A DNA stretch of 64,000 nt, taken from Bacteroidales bacterium. Its GTDB lineage: Bacteria > Bacteroidota > Bacteroidia > Bacteroidales > B18-G4. Location of the stretch: positions 1,628 through 65,627 of the forward strand of contig JAGYLD010000004.1 of NCBI GenBank assembly GCA_018401355.1, written 5' to 3'. The position numbers were made by a program, and so were the translations under genes. A model generated the notes under the pieces. The model did not search any database, had not been told where the DNA came from, and worked only from the letters and a program-made list of their open reading frames with translations. This document shows positions 37,656-47,889 of this stretch, in pieces. The stretch's first letter is position 1, and the number at the start of each line of letters is the position of its first letter.

Positions 37656-38576
37656 TTACATTGTAATCAGATCTATGTTTATCCTGATTTCCTTTTTTAA
37701 TGGGGTAATATTCATTTGTTTTGAATGGATGATGAGGTAAACATAATTTTCATATAAATTGGTATATATTCTATGGCCCAGATTATCGAGGGCAGTAAAC
37801 TCTTTTCCTGTTAAATTGAAATCAGTGTACTTTAATGTTGTAGAAACCATATCTGCAATCATACCAAATTGGAGCAAAGCTTTCTTTGAGTTTTGGCAAT
37901 TAAACACAATAACCTTAAACCCCTGGTAAATTCCTGCAACTCCTTCTTTAAAATCATAAATATTTTTTGAACTCAGAGGGTAAATATTATTTAAACCGAG
38001 AGGTCCCCTGAAATATTTAAGCTCAGGCAGGTCGTAATTGGTCACAGGCAATAACTGCAATGAAAGCACAGGATTGAAGCGTTGAACTACGATTTTCGAA
38101 GCTATATTATCTGACATTCTCTTTAACAGCGCTTCTGCCTGATCTTCCGGTAAGTCTGCATTGATCTTCACAAGATATTTCCCTTTGGCAAACAGAGCAT
38201 GGTCATTAAGAATCTGTCCCGCATCTCCAATGCTATCAGGCTTATCATCCCTCATTTGCATCATGCTATACATTCCAAAAGCAGCGGGAGGGTCATTCAT
38301 TTCATAAATTTCTACCAAAAGGTTGTGATTTTCATTCCTGTAATCTGCCTTAACCATTGAGTTAAAACCATATTCCAGGAACAGGTCGGCTCCTCCGTTG
38401 ATGAGGAAAAACAGATCTTCCGAATCATATGCTTCAACATCCTGTTTCAGTTTAAAATCTCCCAAAACCTCATGGGTTGGCAAAAGCTTTTCCAGATTTG
38501 TGCTATCCTGCGCAATTAAAGAAAAAGCCAAAAGCAACAAAAAAACAGAAAAATAAAACCGAGTGGGTGAATACAT
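37656..38576 (-). CDS. Secreted hypothetical protein
   Basis: Signal peptide FSVFLLLLAFSLIAQD when started at the internal Met. The longer ORF-track start would overlap the upstream gene by 56 nt. Confidence 0.5.
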   Translation of the reverse strand: MYSPTRFYFSVFLLLLAFSLIAQDSTNLEKLLPTHEVLGDFKLKQDVEAYDSEDLFFLINGGADLFLEYGFNSMVKADYRNENHNLLVEIYEMNDPPAAFGMYSMMQMRDDKPDSIGDAGQILNDHALFAKGKYLVKINADLPEDQAEALLKRMSDNIASKIVVQRFNPVLSLQLLPVTNYDLPELKYFRGPLGLNNIYPLSSKNIYDFKEGVAGIYQGFKVIVFNCQNSKKALLQFGMIADMVSTTLKYTDFNLTGKEFTALDNLGHRIYTNLYENYVYLIIHSKQMNITPLKKEIRINIDLITM

Positions 38577-38592
38577 TGTAATTAATTTTGAT

Positions 38593-39543
38593 TTAAACTT
38601 CTTTGATCTCGACTTTGGAAAAATCAATTTCTCCGAGTCCGGATTCATTGGCCCTGACTATATGTAAGATATCCTGAGGCACATAACCCAGGACTGTGGA
38701 GCAATAAGCATCAACAGCAGTAATATCAGTTCCGGCCACAATTTTGTCGGGTTTTTTAGTTTCACCAGGCCCGACAGGACCATTGGAAGTAATGAAATAT
38801 GTAGAATCAACGATTACCAGATCAGGCTTCCTGAAATGATTGATATCTGATAAACATTGGCCCAAATGTTCCGGATCATTTTTGGTTCCGGAACCAAGAT
38901 GCATATAGACATTGGTTTTTCTGGTGCAGATGCCCATCATATTTTTGATGGCGCCAGTATACATGGTGCTGGCATGATGCTTGCCTATGGCAATATTTAT
39001 GAATACATCACAACTATCAATTTCCTTGATAAGTTCAACATTTTCCAGCAGCTTTGCACCTTCTATTTTTTCTACCACCTGAAAGTCTTCTTCATTAAAT
39101 TTCGCCGGAAAAGTATTGGATTCGACATTACTTACCTTTAACAACTCAGAAGACAGAGAACCGGAATATTCACTCCTTTTCCAATATTCATCCTTTACGT
39201 TCTGTAAACAAACAAATTCACTTACACCAGCTTTAACACATTGTTCGATCACAGCCAGCGAAATATCCGGGTTCACATATGCCCCTTTTTCTGTAAAATC
39301 TGAATTGATCAACAGCCCGACTTTCTCACCTTTCTTTACAAATTCTGTAATCCCGCCCAAAAGATCTATTGCTTTTTTTGTATTGTTAAAATAATCCGAT
39401 CCATTCACAACAGCGACGCTGGGATGGGTTTTAAACAATGCTGCCATAGACGTTTTTGAAAATAAGGATAAACCAATATAAGACCCCAGTCCGAGGAGAG
39501 ATCCCTTTTTGATAAAATTTCTTCTGTTAATCTTTGAGTACAT
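38593..39543 (-). CDS. DUF362-family protein with twin-arginine (Tat) signal
   Basis: Has RRNFIKKGSLLGLGS and the DUF362-like core (VFINIAIGKHHASTMYTGAIKNMMG, IVDSTYFITSNGPVGPG). Confidence 0.7.
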   Translation of the reverse strand: MYSKINRRNFIKKGSLLGLGSYIGLSLFSKTSMAALFKTHPSVAVVNGSDYFNNTKKAIDLLGGITEFVKKGEKVGLLINSDFTEKGAYVNPDISLAVIEQCVKAGVSEFVCLQNVKDEYWKRSEYSGSLSSELLKVSNVESNTFPAKFNEEDFQVVEKIEGAKLLENVELIKEIDSCDVFINIAIGKHHASTMYTGAIKNMMGICTRKTNVYMHLGSGTKNDPEHLGQCLSDINHFRKPDLVIVDSTYFITSNGPVGPGETKKPDKIVAGTDITAVDAYCSTVLGYVPQDILHIVRANESGLGEIDFSKVEIKEV

Positions 39544-39616
39544 TATAGAAACGTTTTTGGGGGAATAAATGTACGGAAAATACCAGATACAAAATAACCT
39601 TTTGGATTAAACCAAT

Positions 39617-41806
39617 TTATTTAGAAGCAATTCTGACAGCGCGCAGGATACCTTTTATTTTTGAGATTTTGTGAAGGAGTTCATCAAGGTGGATGTTATC
39701 TTTTACGTTTACCTTGATTTCTCCTGTAAATTGTCCATCTTTGGAATCAACCTTTATTGACAACATGTTAACTTTCAGGTCATTGGATATAACATTGGTG
39801 ATTTCACCAAGCATTCCAATCCTGTCTTCACCCAAAACTCTGATATACGCAATAAAGGAGACCTGCACATCTTCAGATTCTTTCCATTTTACAGGAATCC
39901 TTCTGTATCCGTATTTCTCCAATAACCTTTTTGCATTGGGACACCTTTTACTGTGGATTGTAATTCCTTTTCCAATGGTTACAAAACCAAAGACCGGGTC
40001 ACCTGGAATTGGATTACAACATTTTGCCAGTCTATAGTTGACCTTATCAAGTTTATTGTCTATAATCAGAATATCGGGTGAAGAAGTATCTTCCGGGATT
40101 TCATTATCATTGACAACAACAGCAGATTTCTTTTCCTGTGGTTTTGCAGCCTCAGCTATCTTTTTTCTGAGTAAGGACCTAATCTCATTTAAATCCAGCT
40201 TCTCTTCTGCTATCAGGTCATACAGGTCGATCGAAGTTTGTAATTTATAATGTTTGACAAGGAAATTAATATGGTCATCCTTATACTGGATCTTCCAGTT
40301 TCGCATCCTTCTTTTGAGAATGTCGGAACCAATTTCTGCCAGTTGATATTTCTGTTCTTTAATTGACCGTTTGATCTTGTTTTTGGCTTTGGATGTTTTC
40401 ACAAAACCAAGCCAGTCGAGTTTGGGTTTTTGGTTTTTTGAAGTTGATATTTCCACCCTGTCGCCACTTTTCAATTCGTGACGTATCTGCACGACATTTC
40501 CATTGACTTTAGCCCCGATGCATCGATCCCCCACCCTGGAATGTATTGAATATGCAAAATCAAGTACCGTAGCTCCATAGGGCAGGTCAACAAGATCTCC
40601 TGCAGGTGTATAGACAAATATTATTTCGGGTTTCCGGTTTTTTTCGAAGTTTTCATCAAATTTAATTTGTTCCGGATTTTCCAGGATATCCCTTACCTGC
40701 TGAAGCCATTGATCCATCTGTTCTTTTTCTCCGAAACCTTTGTATCTCCAGTGCGCTGCCTGGCCTTTCTCAGCAGACTCATCCATCCTTCTGGTCCGGA
40801 TCTGAACTTCAACCCATTTATCATTTGGACCCTTCACAGTTGTATGTAAAGATTCATAACCGCTGGCTTTAGGTGTGGTGATCCAGTCTCTTAAGCGCTT
40901 CGGGTTGGGCGGATAGATGTTTGTGACAATGGAATATATCTTCCAGCAATTGGATTTTTCTTTTTCTTCCTGGCTATCAATAATAATCCTGATGGCAAAC
41001 AAATCATAAACCTGATCCAGGCCCACATCTTTCTTTTTCATCTTGTCCCATATAGATGGGATTGACTTGGGACGTCCTTTTATATCGAATTCAAATCCAT
41101 TCCTGAACAATTCCTTTTCAATGGGCTCTGCAAACTCCCTGATAAAAAGTTCTCTTTTGGCTTTGGTTGCATCAATCCTTTCATTTATGGAAGCATATTG
41201 CTCCGGATTCCGATACTGCATCAAAAGATCTTCCAGTTCTGATTTTACCCGGTATAGTCCCAGCCGATGTGCGATAGGAATATATAGATACTCTACCTCA
41301 TTACTGAACTTAATCCTTTTAGGTTCCGGCAGGGAGGATAAAGTCCTCATATCATTTAGCCGGTGGGCCACCTTCAGAAGGATGATCCGTATATCATCAG
41401 CCACAGAAAGAAACAGTTGGCGAAACTTATGCGATTGGAGTGTAACTTTATCTGTAGGCAATGCCGATATCCGGTCATATCCTTCAATTAATGCGAGCGT
41501 TGTTTTATCAAATTTTCCCAGGATCAACTCCCTGTTCACACCGGACTCCGTTATGGTATTGTGCAACAAAGCTGCAATAATGGACCTGGCACCCAGTCCA
41601 AGATCATCTGTCGCGGTCCTTGCAATTTTTAGAGAATGTTCAAGCAGATTATTCCCCAGTTCGTCTGTTTTCTCCAGCAGAAAATCTGAAGCAAACTTGA
41701 AAGCATTATCTATTATTATGTTTTCTTCCCTCGTAATAAATGGCTTACAGGAATTTAACAACTCATTATATTGCAATCCTATGTCCTTGATCTTCTCCCT
41801 GTTCAT
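39617..41806 (-). CDS. relA: RelA-type long RSH (p)ppGpp synthetase with degenerate hydrolase motif
   Basis: Synthetase motif GYESLHTTV...VEVQIRT, plus TGS and ACT regions. The expected hydrolase signature (HD..ED) reads AALLHNTITE. Confidence 0.9.
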   Translation of the reverse strand: MNREKIKDIGLQYNELLNSCKPFITREENIIIDNAFKFASDFLLEKTDELGNNLLEHSLKIARTATDDLGLGARSIIAALLHNTITESGVNRELILGKFDKTTLALIEGYDRISALPTDKVTLQSHKFRQLFLSVADDIRIILLKVAHRLNDMRTLSSLPEPKRIKFSNEVEYLYIPIAHRLGLYRVKSELEDLLMQYRNPEQYASINERIDATKAKRELFIREFAEPIEKELFRNGFEFDIKGRPKSIPSIWDKMKKKDVGLDQVYDLFAIRIIIDSQEEKEKSNCWKIYSIVTNIYPPNPKRLRDWITTPKASGYESLHTTVKGPNDKWVEVQIRTRRMDESAEKGQAAHWRYKGFGEKEQMDQWLQQVRDILENPEQIKFDENFEKNRKPEIIFVYTPAGDLVDLPYGATVLDFAYSIHSRVGDRCIGAKVNGNVVQIRHELKSGDRVEISTSKNQKPKLDWLGFVKTSKAKNKIKRSIKEQKYQLAEIGSDILKRRMRNWKIQYKDDHINFLVKHYKLQTSIDLYDLIAEEKLDLNEIRSLLRKKIAEAAKPQEKKSAVVVNDNEIPEDTSSPDILIIDNKLDKVNYRLAKCCNPIPGDPVFGFVTIGKGITIHSKRCPNAKRLLEKYGYRRIPVKWKESEDVQVSFIAYIRVLGEDRIGMLGEITNVISNDLKVNMLSIKVDSKDGQFTGEIKVNVKDNIHLDELLHKISKIKGILRAVRIASK

Positions 41807-41836
41807 CTTATTCTTAATGAAAGCAAATAAAGCAAA

Positions 41837-41859
41837 GACCGAAGGATTACCCTCCGGTC
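41837..41859 (-). terminator. Intrinsic terminator after floA
   Basis: Minus strand GACCGGAGG-gtaat-CCTTCGGTC, followed by TTTGCTTTATTTGC. Confidence 0.6.
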
Positions 41860-41897
41860 ACCATCATTTCTTTTTTGGATTTGGGGACAGTTAGAAA

Positions 41898-42914
41898 TTA
41901 CCTTTTGTCTGACCTGTCGTCCTCACTTGCATCTCCCCGATCTTCAATAGATGGAGAATCGGATATGGATTGCCTCATTTTGGTGTCAGCCTGAATATTC
42001 TTGAAGCGGTAATAATCCATAATTCCAAGGTTGCCTGTTGTAAAGGCACCGGCAATAGCTTTGGGGATTTCTGCTTCTGCCTGGATCACGTTGGCTCTTG
42101 CTTCCTCGGCTTTTGCTTTCATTTCCTGTTCCTGTGCAACAGCCATGGCTCTTCTTTCTTCCGCTTTGGCCTGGGCAATATTTTTATCTGCATTGGCCTG
42201 GTCCATTTGAAGTACAGCACCAATGTTCCTACCGATATCAATATCTGCAATATCGATAGAAAGTATTTCAAATGCAGTTCCGGAGTCGAGTCCTTTTTCG
42301 AGGACAACGCGGGAGATTGAATCAGGATTTTCCAGAACAGTTTTATGCGATTGTGCTGATCCGATAGAAGAAACGACACCTTCACCAACCCTGGCCAGTA
42401 CGGTTTCTTCTCCGGCTCCACCAACCAATTGTTTGATGTTAGCCCTAACGGTTACACGGGCTTTGGCAATAAGCTGAATTCCGTCTTTTGCAACGGCTGT
42501 GACAGGGGGTGTATCAATAACCTTCGGGTTAACTGACATCTGAACAGCTTCCAAAACATCCCTTCCTGCCAGATCAATGGCAGTGGCTGTCTGGAAGGCC
42601 AGGTTCATGTTTGCTTTATCTGCCGATATCAGGGCGTTTACAACTTTTTGCACATTCCCGCCGGCAAGGTGATGGGCCTCAAGTGCATCACGATCAATTT
42701 TTAATCCTGCCTTGGTTGCAGCAATCATGCTATTTACGATAACGGCAGGAGGAACCTTACGCCACCGCATGAAAACAAGTTGCAATAATGAAATCCTGAC
42801 ATCAGAGATCAGGGCTTTGAACCACAATCCAACAGGGATAAAATAAAATATCAGCCAAATGGCAAAGAGTGCTCCAAAACCTATGGCAATGACGATAATT
42901 ACATTGGTATTCAT
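41898..42914 (-). CDS. floA: Flotillin-like protein FloA (UPF0365/SPFH)
   Basis: N-terminal TM segment, then [18 protein letters not shown] core, and an Ala/Glu-rich coiled coil ([26 protein letters not shown]). Confidence 0.9.
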   Translation of the reverse strand: MNTNVIIVIAIGFGALFAIWLIFYFIPVGLWFKALISDVRISLLQLVFMRWRKVPPAVIVNSMIAATKAGLKIDRDALEAHHLAGGNVQKVVNALISADKANMNLAFQTATAIDLAGRDVLEAVQMSVNPKVIDTPPVTAVAKDGIQLIAKARVTVRANIKQLVGGAGEETVLARVGEGVVSSIGSAQSHKTVLENPDSISRVVLEKGLDSGTAFEILSIDIADIDIGRNIGAVLQMDQANADKNIAQAKAEERRAMAVAQEQEMKAKAEEARANVIQAEAEIPKAIAGAFTTGNLGIMDYYRFKNIQADTKMRQSISDSPSIEDRGDASEDDRSDKR

Positions 42915-42915
42915 A

Positions 42916-43386
42916 TTATTGAGATTTACGTTTAACGTAGATTTTATTCCAGTCTATTTTTTCGACTACAACTTCTGTATCCTGTTCAATATAGGCACCT
43001 GTGGTTCTGACTTCGTAAAACTCCCCCCCGATATATGCTTTTCCAGAAGGAGCAAGCCTTGAAGTAGTCCTTCCCTCATCTCCTGTCTTGATCTTCAATT
43101 GATCTATCACATTTACCCTGCCATCTATTTCCCTTTTTAGGGAAATTTTCTTCCACGTTTTCGCCCTGAGCGAAAAGTAAAGTGTAATAAATGTCAAAAT
43201 AAATGATCCTGCAAGTGCATAATATCCTTCCGGCGTTCCATATACTTTGAATGCTTGCCAAACACCGATCCCCATGAGAACAAATCCAATGATCCCAGCT
43301 ATTCCGGTACCCGGAATCACCAGTATTTCTAATACCAGAAACGCCAGGCCTATCAAAATCAGTACACTAATTATCAACCAGAACAT
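42916..43386 (-). CDS. NfeD-family membrane protein (short form, OB-fold C-terminus)
   Basis: Three or four TM helices then a soluble beta-rich tail. The stop lies 1 nt before the floA start, the classical nfeD-floA pairing. Confidence 0.8.
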   Translation of the reverse strand: MFWLIISVLILIGLAFLVLEILVIPGTGIAGIIGFVLMGIGVWQAFKVYGTPEGYYALAGSFILTFITLYFSLRAKTWKKISLKREIDGRVNVIDQLKIKTGDEGRTTSRLAPSGKAYIGGEFYEVRTTGAYIEQDTEVVVEKIDWNKIYVKRKSQ

Positions 43387-43395
43387 CTTGAAATA

Positions 43396-43668
43396 TTATT
43401 GAATTTCAACTGTAAGCTTACGATTCATCATTTCATTTTTAAATGGTAAAAGTTCATCTTTAGTGCCCTTTTTAACACCGCATTTGCCCTTTAGATGGGC
43501 TATCCATGTGCACTGCTCTGCCTGAACCGGATCATGTTCACATACTTCAATTAGGCTTTCAACAACAAAATCGAAGGTGTTATATTCATCATTATAAAGT
43601 ATCAGAACTTTTACATCCTCGAGGACGTCATGTTCTCCTTTTTCCGGGTTTACTTTTTCCTTTACCAT
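43396..43668 (-). CDS. clpS: ATP-dependent Clp protease adaptor ClpS
   Basis: 90 aa. Has LILYNDEYNTFDFVVESLIEVCEHDPVQAEQCTWIAHLKGKCGV, the ClpS core. Confidence 0.85.
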   Translation of the reverse strand: MVKEKVNPEKGEHDVLEDVKVLILYNDEYNTFDFVVESLIEVCEHDPVQAEQCTWIAHLKGKCGVKKGTKDELLPFKNEMMNRKLTVEIQ

Positions 43669-43779
43669 TTTTCAGGTCATAAATTTCACTGTAAAAATAC
43701 AATATATTTTAGAGTTATTGAATCTCTGGCCCTGTAAAGTTCATTATTTTTATAATAATTTTGTTGCGAAGAAATTGTT

Positions 43780-44427
43780 ATGATAAGGTTTCAGGATTTT
43801 GTTGAAGATTTAAAGGCCAAATTAATTCATCCCCTGCCGGGAGAGAAAGCCCAGCTTCTTATGGCACCTGCATCCAGAGCAGAGATGATAAAAAATACTG
43901 ATATCTTAAAAAAAGCCAGGAAAGCTGCGGTGCTGATGCTGCTTTTTCCAGTTGCTGAAGAGCCCAACCTGATATTCATCCAACGCCAGCAATATGATGG
44001 GGTTCACAGCGGACAAATTTCTTTTCCGGGTGGAAAGATTGAGAAGGGAGATAAAAATCTCATTGAAACCGCAAAACGGGAAACATCAGAAGAAATTGGA
44101 ATACCTTCCGAAGAAATTGAGATCCTGGGGCAAACGTCCAGTTTGTACATACCACCAAGCAGATTTATTGTGCAACCAGTTATAGGAATCACCGGCGAAA
44201 TAAAGAATTTTCAATTGCAGAAAAAAGAAGTTGACTCTGTAATTACAATCAAACTAAAAGACCTGATCGGCAGAGAATGCCGTGCAATCAGAACCGTTAA
44301 AGCATCATACCTGCAAGAAATAGAGGTGCCATGCTTCAGCATTAATGGAAACATCATCTGGGGCGCAACAGCTATGATCTTAAGCGAACTTATTGAAATT
44401 ATTGGGTCTGAGATTCTTCAACAATGA
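43780..44427 (+). CDS. NUDIX hydrolase (CoA pyrophosphatase-like)
   Basis: Nudix box GGKIEKGDKNLIETAKRETSEEIGI. Confidence 0.8.
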   Translation: MIRFQDFVEDLKAKLIHPLPGEKAQLLMAPASRAEMIKNTDILKKARKAAVLMLLFPVAEEPNLIFIQRQQYDGVHSGQISFPGGKIEKGDKNLIETAKRETSEEIGIPSEEIEILGQTSSLYIPPSRFIVQPVIGITGEIKNFQLQKKEVDSVITIKLKDLIGRECRAIRTVKASYLQEIEVPCFSINGNIIWGATAMILSELIEIIGSEILQQ

Positions 44428-44827
44428 TCTCATGGCTAAGTTCAGCACCTTTGCTCAATAATGCACTGACACCACAATATCTGTCCTGTGACAAATTCAC
44501 TGCTTTTTCAAGTTTAGCCATCGAAAGGTCTTTGCCCCTGAAAATATATTTTAAATGGATCTTGTCATAATTTTTTGGAAACTCATCAATCATATTGCCT
44601 TCTACTTCAATATTGAAATATTCAGGTTGCACCCTCATTTTCTTCAAAATTGAAATAACGTCCATTCCTGTACAACCAGCCAAAGAAAGAAGAGTGAGTG
44701 GTTTTGGCCTTGGTCCACGGTTCTGCCCTCCTACCTTTTCATCGGCATCCAGGGTAAGTTTGAAACCATTTATTTCAGATTCAAATGACATTCCGTCTTT
44801 CCAGGTACAATCTATTTTTGTTTTCAT
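44399..44827 (-). CDS. OsmC-family peroxiredoxin-like protein
   Basis: Has GPRPKPLTLLSLAGCTGMDV and RYCGVS (two OsmC cysteines). Its 3' end overlaps the nudix 3' end by 29 nt. Confidence 0.8.
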   Translation of the reverse strand: MKTKIDCTWKDGMSFESEINGFKLTLDADEKVGGQNRGPRPKPLTLLSLAGCTGMDVISILKKMRVQPEYFNIEVEGNMIDEFPKNYDKIHLKYIFRGKDLSMAKLEKAVNLSQDRYCGVSALLSKGAELSHEIIVEESQTQ

Positions 44828-44871
44828 AATAAATATAGTTTGTAACGCTAACAAAATTACAGTGGAAATGT

Positions 44872-45939
44872 TTAAGGCTGGCTAAAGGATATGTATCCCG
44901 GAATTATTCCTACCTCAATATTCTTCAGGAATTCTCCATCGCGGTTATATACATGAACCAAGCCATTCTGCTGATAATTAACGGCATTGTATACATAGAT
45001 TTTGCCGTCCACAGGATCCGACGAAAACCCGTTTACAACTTTATCATCCAATGATATCAGAGAATTAAGCGGTATGGCATCTTCCTCCAGGTCCATGATA
45101 AATATGTCATTATTAAGGAAAAGTAGAGAATCCCCTGCGGGATTGATCGTCAAATGCCCCGGGTTTGAAGCAATCTCAGGAAATTTAAGTTTTTTTAATA
45201 TGGCATGGCTATTGCCATCAATGCAATAAAGGGCCGGTATTTCTTCATTCATAAAGCCACCACTGCATAGAACCCAGATATTTTGATTTTTGTCCAGTAC
45301 AATACTATTGGGCTCCTTTGTTACTTCAATGTACTCTATAAAATCATCATTTATCCCATCAATAACGGAGATTGTATTGTTTTCCTCGTTGTTATAATAT
45401 GCAGACCAATTGCATGCAAATACTTTATCACTTGTCATAACCATTCTGTCTGTGGATTTACCACATTCGATGGTCCCTGCAATCTCATTGGATTTCAAAT
45501 CAACTACTGTCATACTGGTAGATTTCAGGTCCGAAACATAGGCTTTCTCCTGATCGACCTGCAATAAGTAACGCGGTGATGGAAAGCCTTCAATTGCAGC
45601 CACAGATAAAAATTCATCCAGCTCCACAACCTCAATTTTTCCTGAATTATTTACAACAATATATCCCATTGTTTTTATCAAGCTCATTGATAATGGAACA
45701 TCACCCAGGGGACGACCGTTTTTTTGCAGGAAAATATTTTCATAGACTTTGTTCTGTACTGAATTATTAAAGTACACACTCCCATTACCCTGATTAAAAT
45801 TCCCTTCATTCACAATAAAAAATCCCGCACCGAAATGATACCCCGAGCTGGAATCAACTTGTTCACCAAAATCATTATCCTTATTGCAGGAACAAATAAT
45901 AATAATCAGCAAAAAAACTATGTATAATGACTGTTTCAT
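44872..45939 (-). CDS. Surface lipoprotein, beta-propeller (YncE/DUF5074-like)
   Basis: Lipobox (IIIICSC). Repetitive beta-strand blades. Its start overlaps the TonB receptor stop by 4 nt. Confidence 0.6.
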   Translation of the reverse strand: MKQSLYIVFLLIIIICSCNKDNDFGEQVDSSSGYHFGAGFFIVNEGNFNQGNGSVYFNNSVQNKVYENIFLQKNGRPLGDVPLSMSLIKTMGYIVVNNSGKIEVVELDEFLSVAAIEGFPSPRYLLQVDQEKAYVSDLKSTSMTVVDLKSNEIAGTIECGKSTDRMVMTSDKVFACNWSAYYNNEENNTISVIDGINDDFIEYIEVTKEPNSIVLDKNQNIWVLCSGGFMNEEIPALYCIDGNSHAILKKLKFPEIASNPGHLTINPAGDSLLFLNNDIFIMDLEEDAIPLNSLISLDDKVVNGFSSDPVDGKIYVYNAVNYQQNGLVHVYNRDGEFLKNIEVGIIPGYISFSQP

Positions 45940-47882
45940 TTGTTTTTTTCTTTTGAAATATTCCAGGATAGATTTATTAAATAGTTACTTCCGGGCATGG
46001 GTTGCTTGGCAATGATCCTGTAGTTAACATCAAACAAATTATTGACCTTTAAACCAATAGCAAAATTACTGTTATTAACAGCAAACCTTTTTTTCAAAGA
46101 TACATCTGACAACCAAAAAGCAGGAAGGTACCTTGAATTATCAATGGCAGTATATCTTTTACCCGTATATTGTATATTGGCATTAAATACAAAACCGTAA
46201 AAACTTATAAATGCCCCGATCCGGGACTGATGACGGGGAGTATATATAAGCTGCTTTCCTAAGGATTTATCCTCTGTTCCTGATGTCTGTTCATTCGTAC
46301 TTACAACATACTGATATCCGGCATTCAAATCCAATTCTAATACAAAAATTTTGAAACCTGAATGCAATGTAATATCCAATCCCCTTGAAATTAATTGCTT
46401 AAGATTATCCGGTTTCCAGAATACGGCATCTTCGCTAATGGGGGACCAGAAAATATGATCATTGATAACGGTATAGAATCCTGCCAGGGATATGTTTAAA
46501 TATTCTTTCCTGCTTTTGTATCCAACGCCGGATTCTATATTCCATCCCCTTTCGGCATTCAGATCAGGATTGCCCTGTGCAAACCCATCGAAACCCCAAT
46601 AAAGATCATTCAGGCTGGGAAAATTATAGTTGCGGGCAGCATTTGCATGTATATACCATTGTACTTTTTGAAACGGGTAGAATTTCAATGAAAGTGATGG
46701 TAAAATTGGAGATGCGCTACCATCCAGTAGCTTTTGGTCCAGGTTAAACGTACTTAAAAACCGGTCTTTGAAATTATATTTTATACCCATGCCGGAAATA
46801 AACTCGTTTCTCCTCTTCAATCCCGTATAATGATCAGAATCGGCTTCGTCATAATAATCGCCCAGATAAACATTCAAGTCCAATCCTTCCAGCAAATAAT
46901 ATAATCCACGAATTTTGAAGTTAAAAGTCCTGACGGTATTCCGGGAATTGGTCTTATTCCTCTCATTTGTATATTTCAGGTCATCAAAAATATAACCGGT
47001 TCTGATATTGACCCCCCCATTCCTGAATGCTATTTTTGCCTCCAGGATATTCCTGGAAAACGCATTTTCCTGATATTGTCTTTCATCACCTGGCTCAACA
47101 ACGGTTGGCTCAGGTATATCCCTGTTGTTCCATTGGTTCCAGGAATATCCTGAAATAATCACATTTTTGAAAGCCTTAAAGTGCAATTCCTGCAAGAAAC
47201 CACCATTGCTGTACCCTGCATTTTTCCTGATTTCCTGTGGTGCTTCCGGCTTATCAATATTTATAAATGAAAAATCATTTTTCGAGGTGGAAAAAAATGC
47301 TTTTAACCCGTATTGCAAGATACTACCTCCGGCATCGATCCCTAAGTTGGTCAGAAAAGTGCCAAAACTACCCATAGATTGGGAAAGATTGAGACCGTAG
47401 CTGTTTTGCCAATCGGGTTCATTGTTTAATATTATTGTGCCTCCAAAAGCACTTCCGGCATCACCAAAAACCGAACTGCCGGGTATCAGGACAATGTTGC
47501 TAAAAAATGAAACAGGAACAAGCGAAACATCCATTTGCCCGATCATAGGTGAGTTCAACTTCATATCATTCCACATGATATTGGTATGGGAAGCTCCCGT
47601 TCCCCGGTATGAAACTGTTGCCAGGCTACCCTGACCGTATGATTTGACAAAAACGGGTGAATGGGCTGAAAGCAATTGGGAAAGGCTTGATTCTCTCTCA
47701 TTTGCAAGTACAATGGAGTCAAAAGAAACCTTGTTTATAGCATTTTGTCCAAGGAATTTACCTTTCACGGCAATCATTCTCAAATGGATGGTATCCCCCA
47801 TTTTTGTCTGAGCTTTCATACTCAATGATATCAGCATGAGAACAAACAGAATAATAATAACCGATGTTAGATGCTTTTTCAA
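45936..47882 (-). CDS. TonB-dependent outer-membrane receptor (BtuB-like by context)
   Basis: Signal peptide, plug domain (SLSQLL...VKSYGQGSLATVSYRGTGASHTNIMWNDMKLN), and a long beta-barrel with aromatic-rich strands. Confidence 0.9.
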   Translation of the reverse strand: MKKHLTSVIIILFVLMLISLSMKAQTKMGDTIHLRMIAVKGKFLGQNAINKVSFDSIVLANERESSLSQLLSAHSPVFVKSYGQGSLATVSYRGTGASHTNIMWNDMKLNSPMIGQMDVSLVPVSFFSNIVLIPGSSVFGDAGSAFGGTIILNNEPDWQNSYGLNLSQSMGSFGTFLTNLGIDAGGSILQYGLKAFFSTSKNDFSFINIDKPEAPQEIRKNAGYSNGGFLQELHFKAFKNVIISGYSWNQWNNRDIPEPTVVEPGDERQYQENAFSRNILEAKIAFRNGGVNIRTGYIFDDLKYTNERNKTNSRNTVRTFNFKIRGLYYLLEGLDLNVYLGDYYDEADSDHYTGLKRRNEFISGMGIKYNFKDRFLSTFNLDQKLLDGSASPILPSLSLKFYPFQKVQWYIHANAARNYNFPSLNDLYWGFDGFAQGNPDLNAERGWNIESGVGYKSRKEYLNISLAGFYTVINDHIFWSPISEDAVFWKPDNLKQLISRGLDITLHSGFKIFVLELDLNAGYQYVVSTNEQTSGTEDKSLGKQLIYTPRHQSRIGAFISFYGFVFNANIQYTGKRYTAIDNSRYLPAFWLSDVSLKKRFAVNNSNFAIGLKVNNLFDVNYRIIAKQPMPGSNYLINLSWNISKEKNK

Positions 47883-47889
47883 GATAACC

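Noticed and set aside
38577-38648. Longer N-terminus (MNPDSEKLIF...) for the secreted hypothetical protein, overlapping the DUF362 gene
   Set aside because: The internal Met at 38576 gives a textbook signal peptide and removes the 56-nt overlap. The extension is K/S-rich with no signal features.
41043-41894. 283-aa ORF on the plus strand
   Set aside because: It lies entirely antisense to the well-supported relA gene. It is Ser/Leu/Phe-rich and low in complexity, as expected for the mirror frame of an AT-rich gene. It has no promoter box or recognisable motif.
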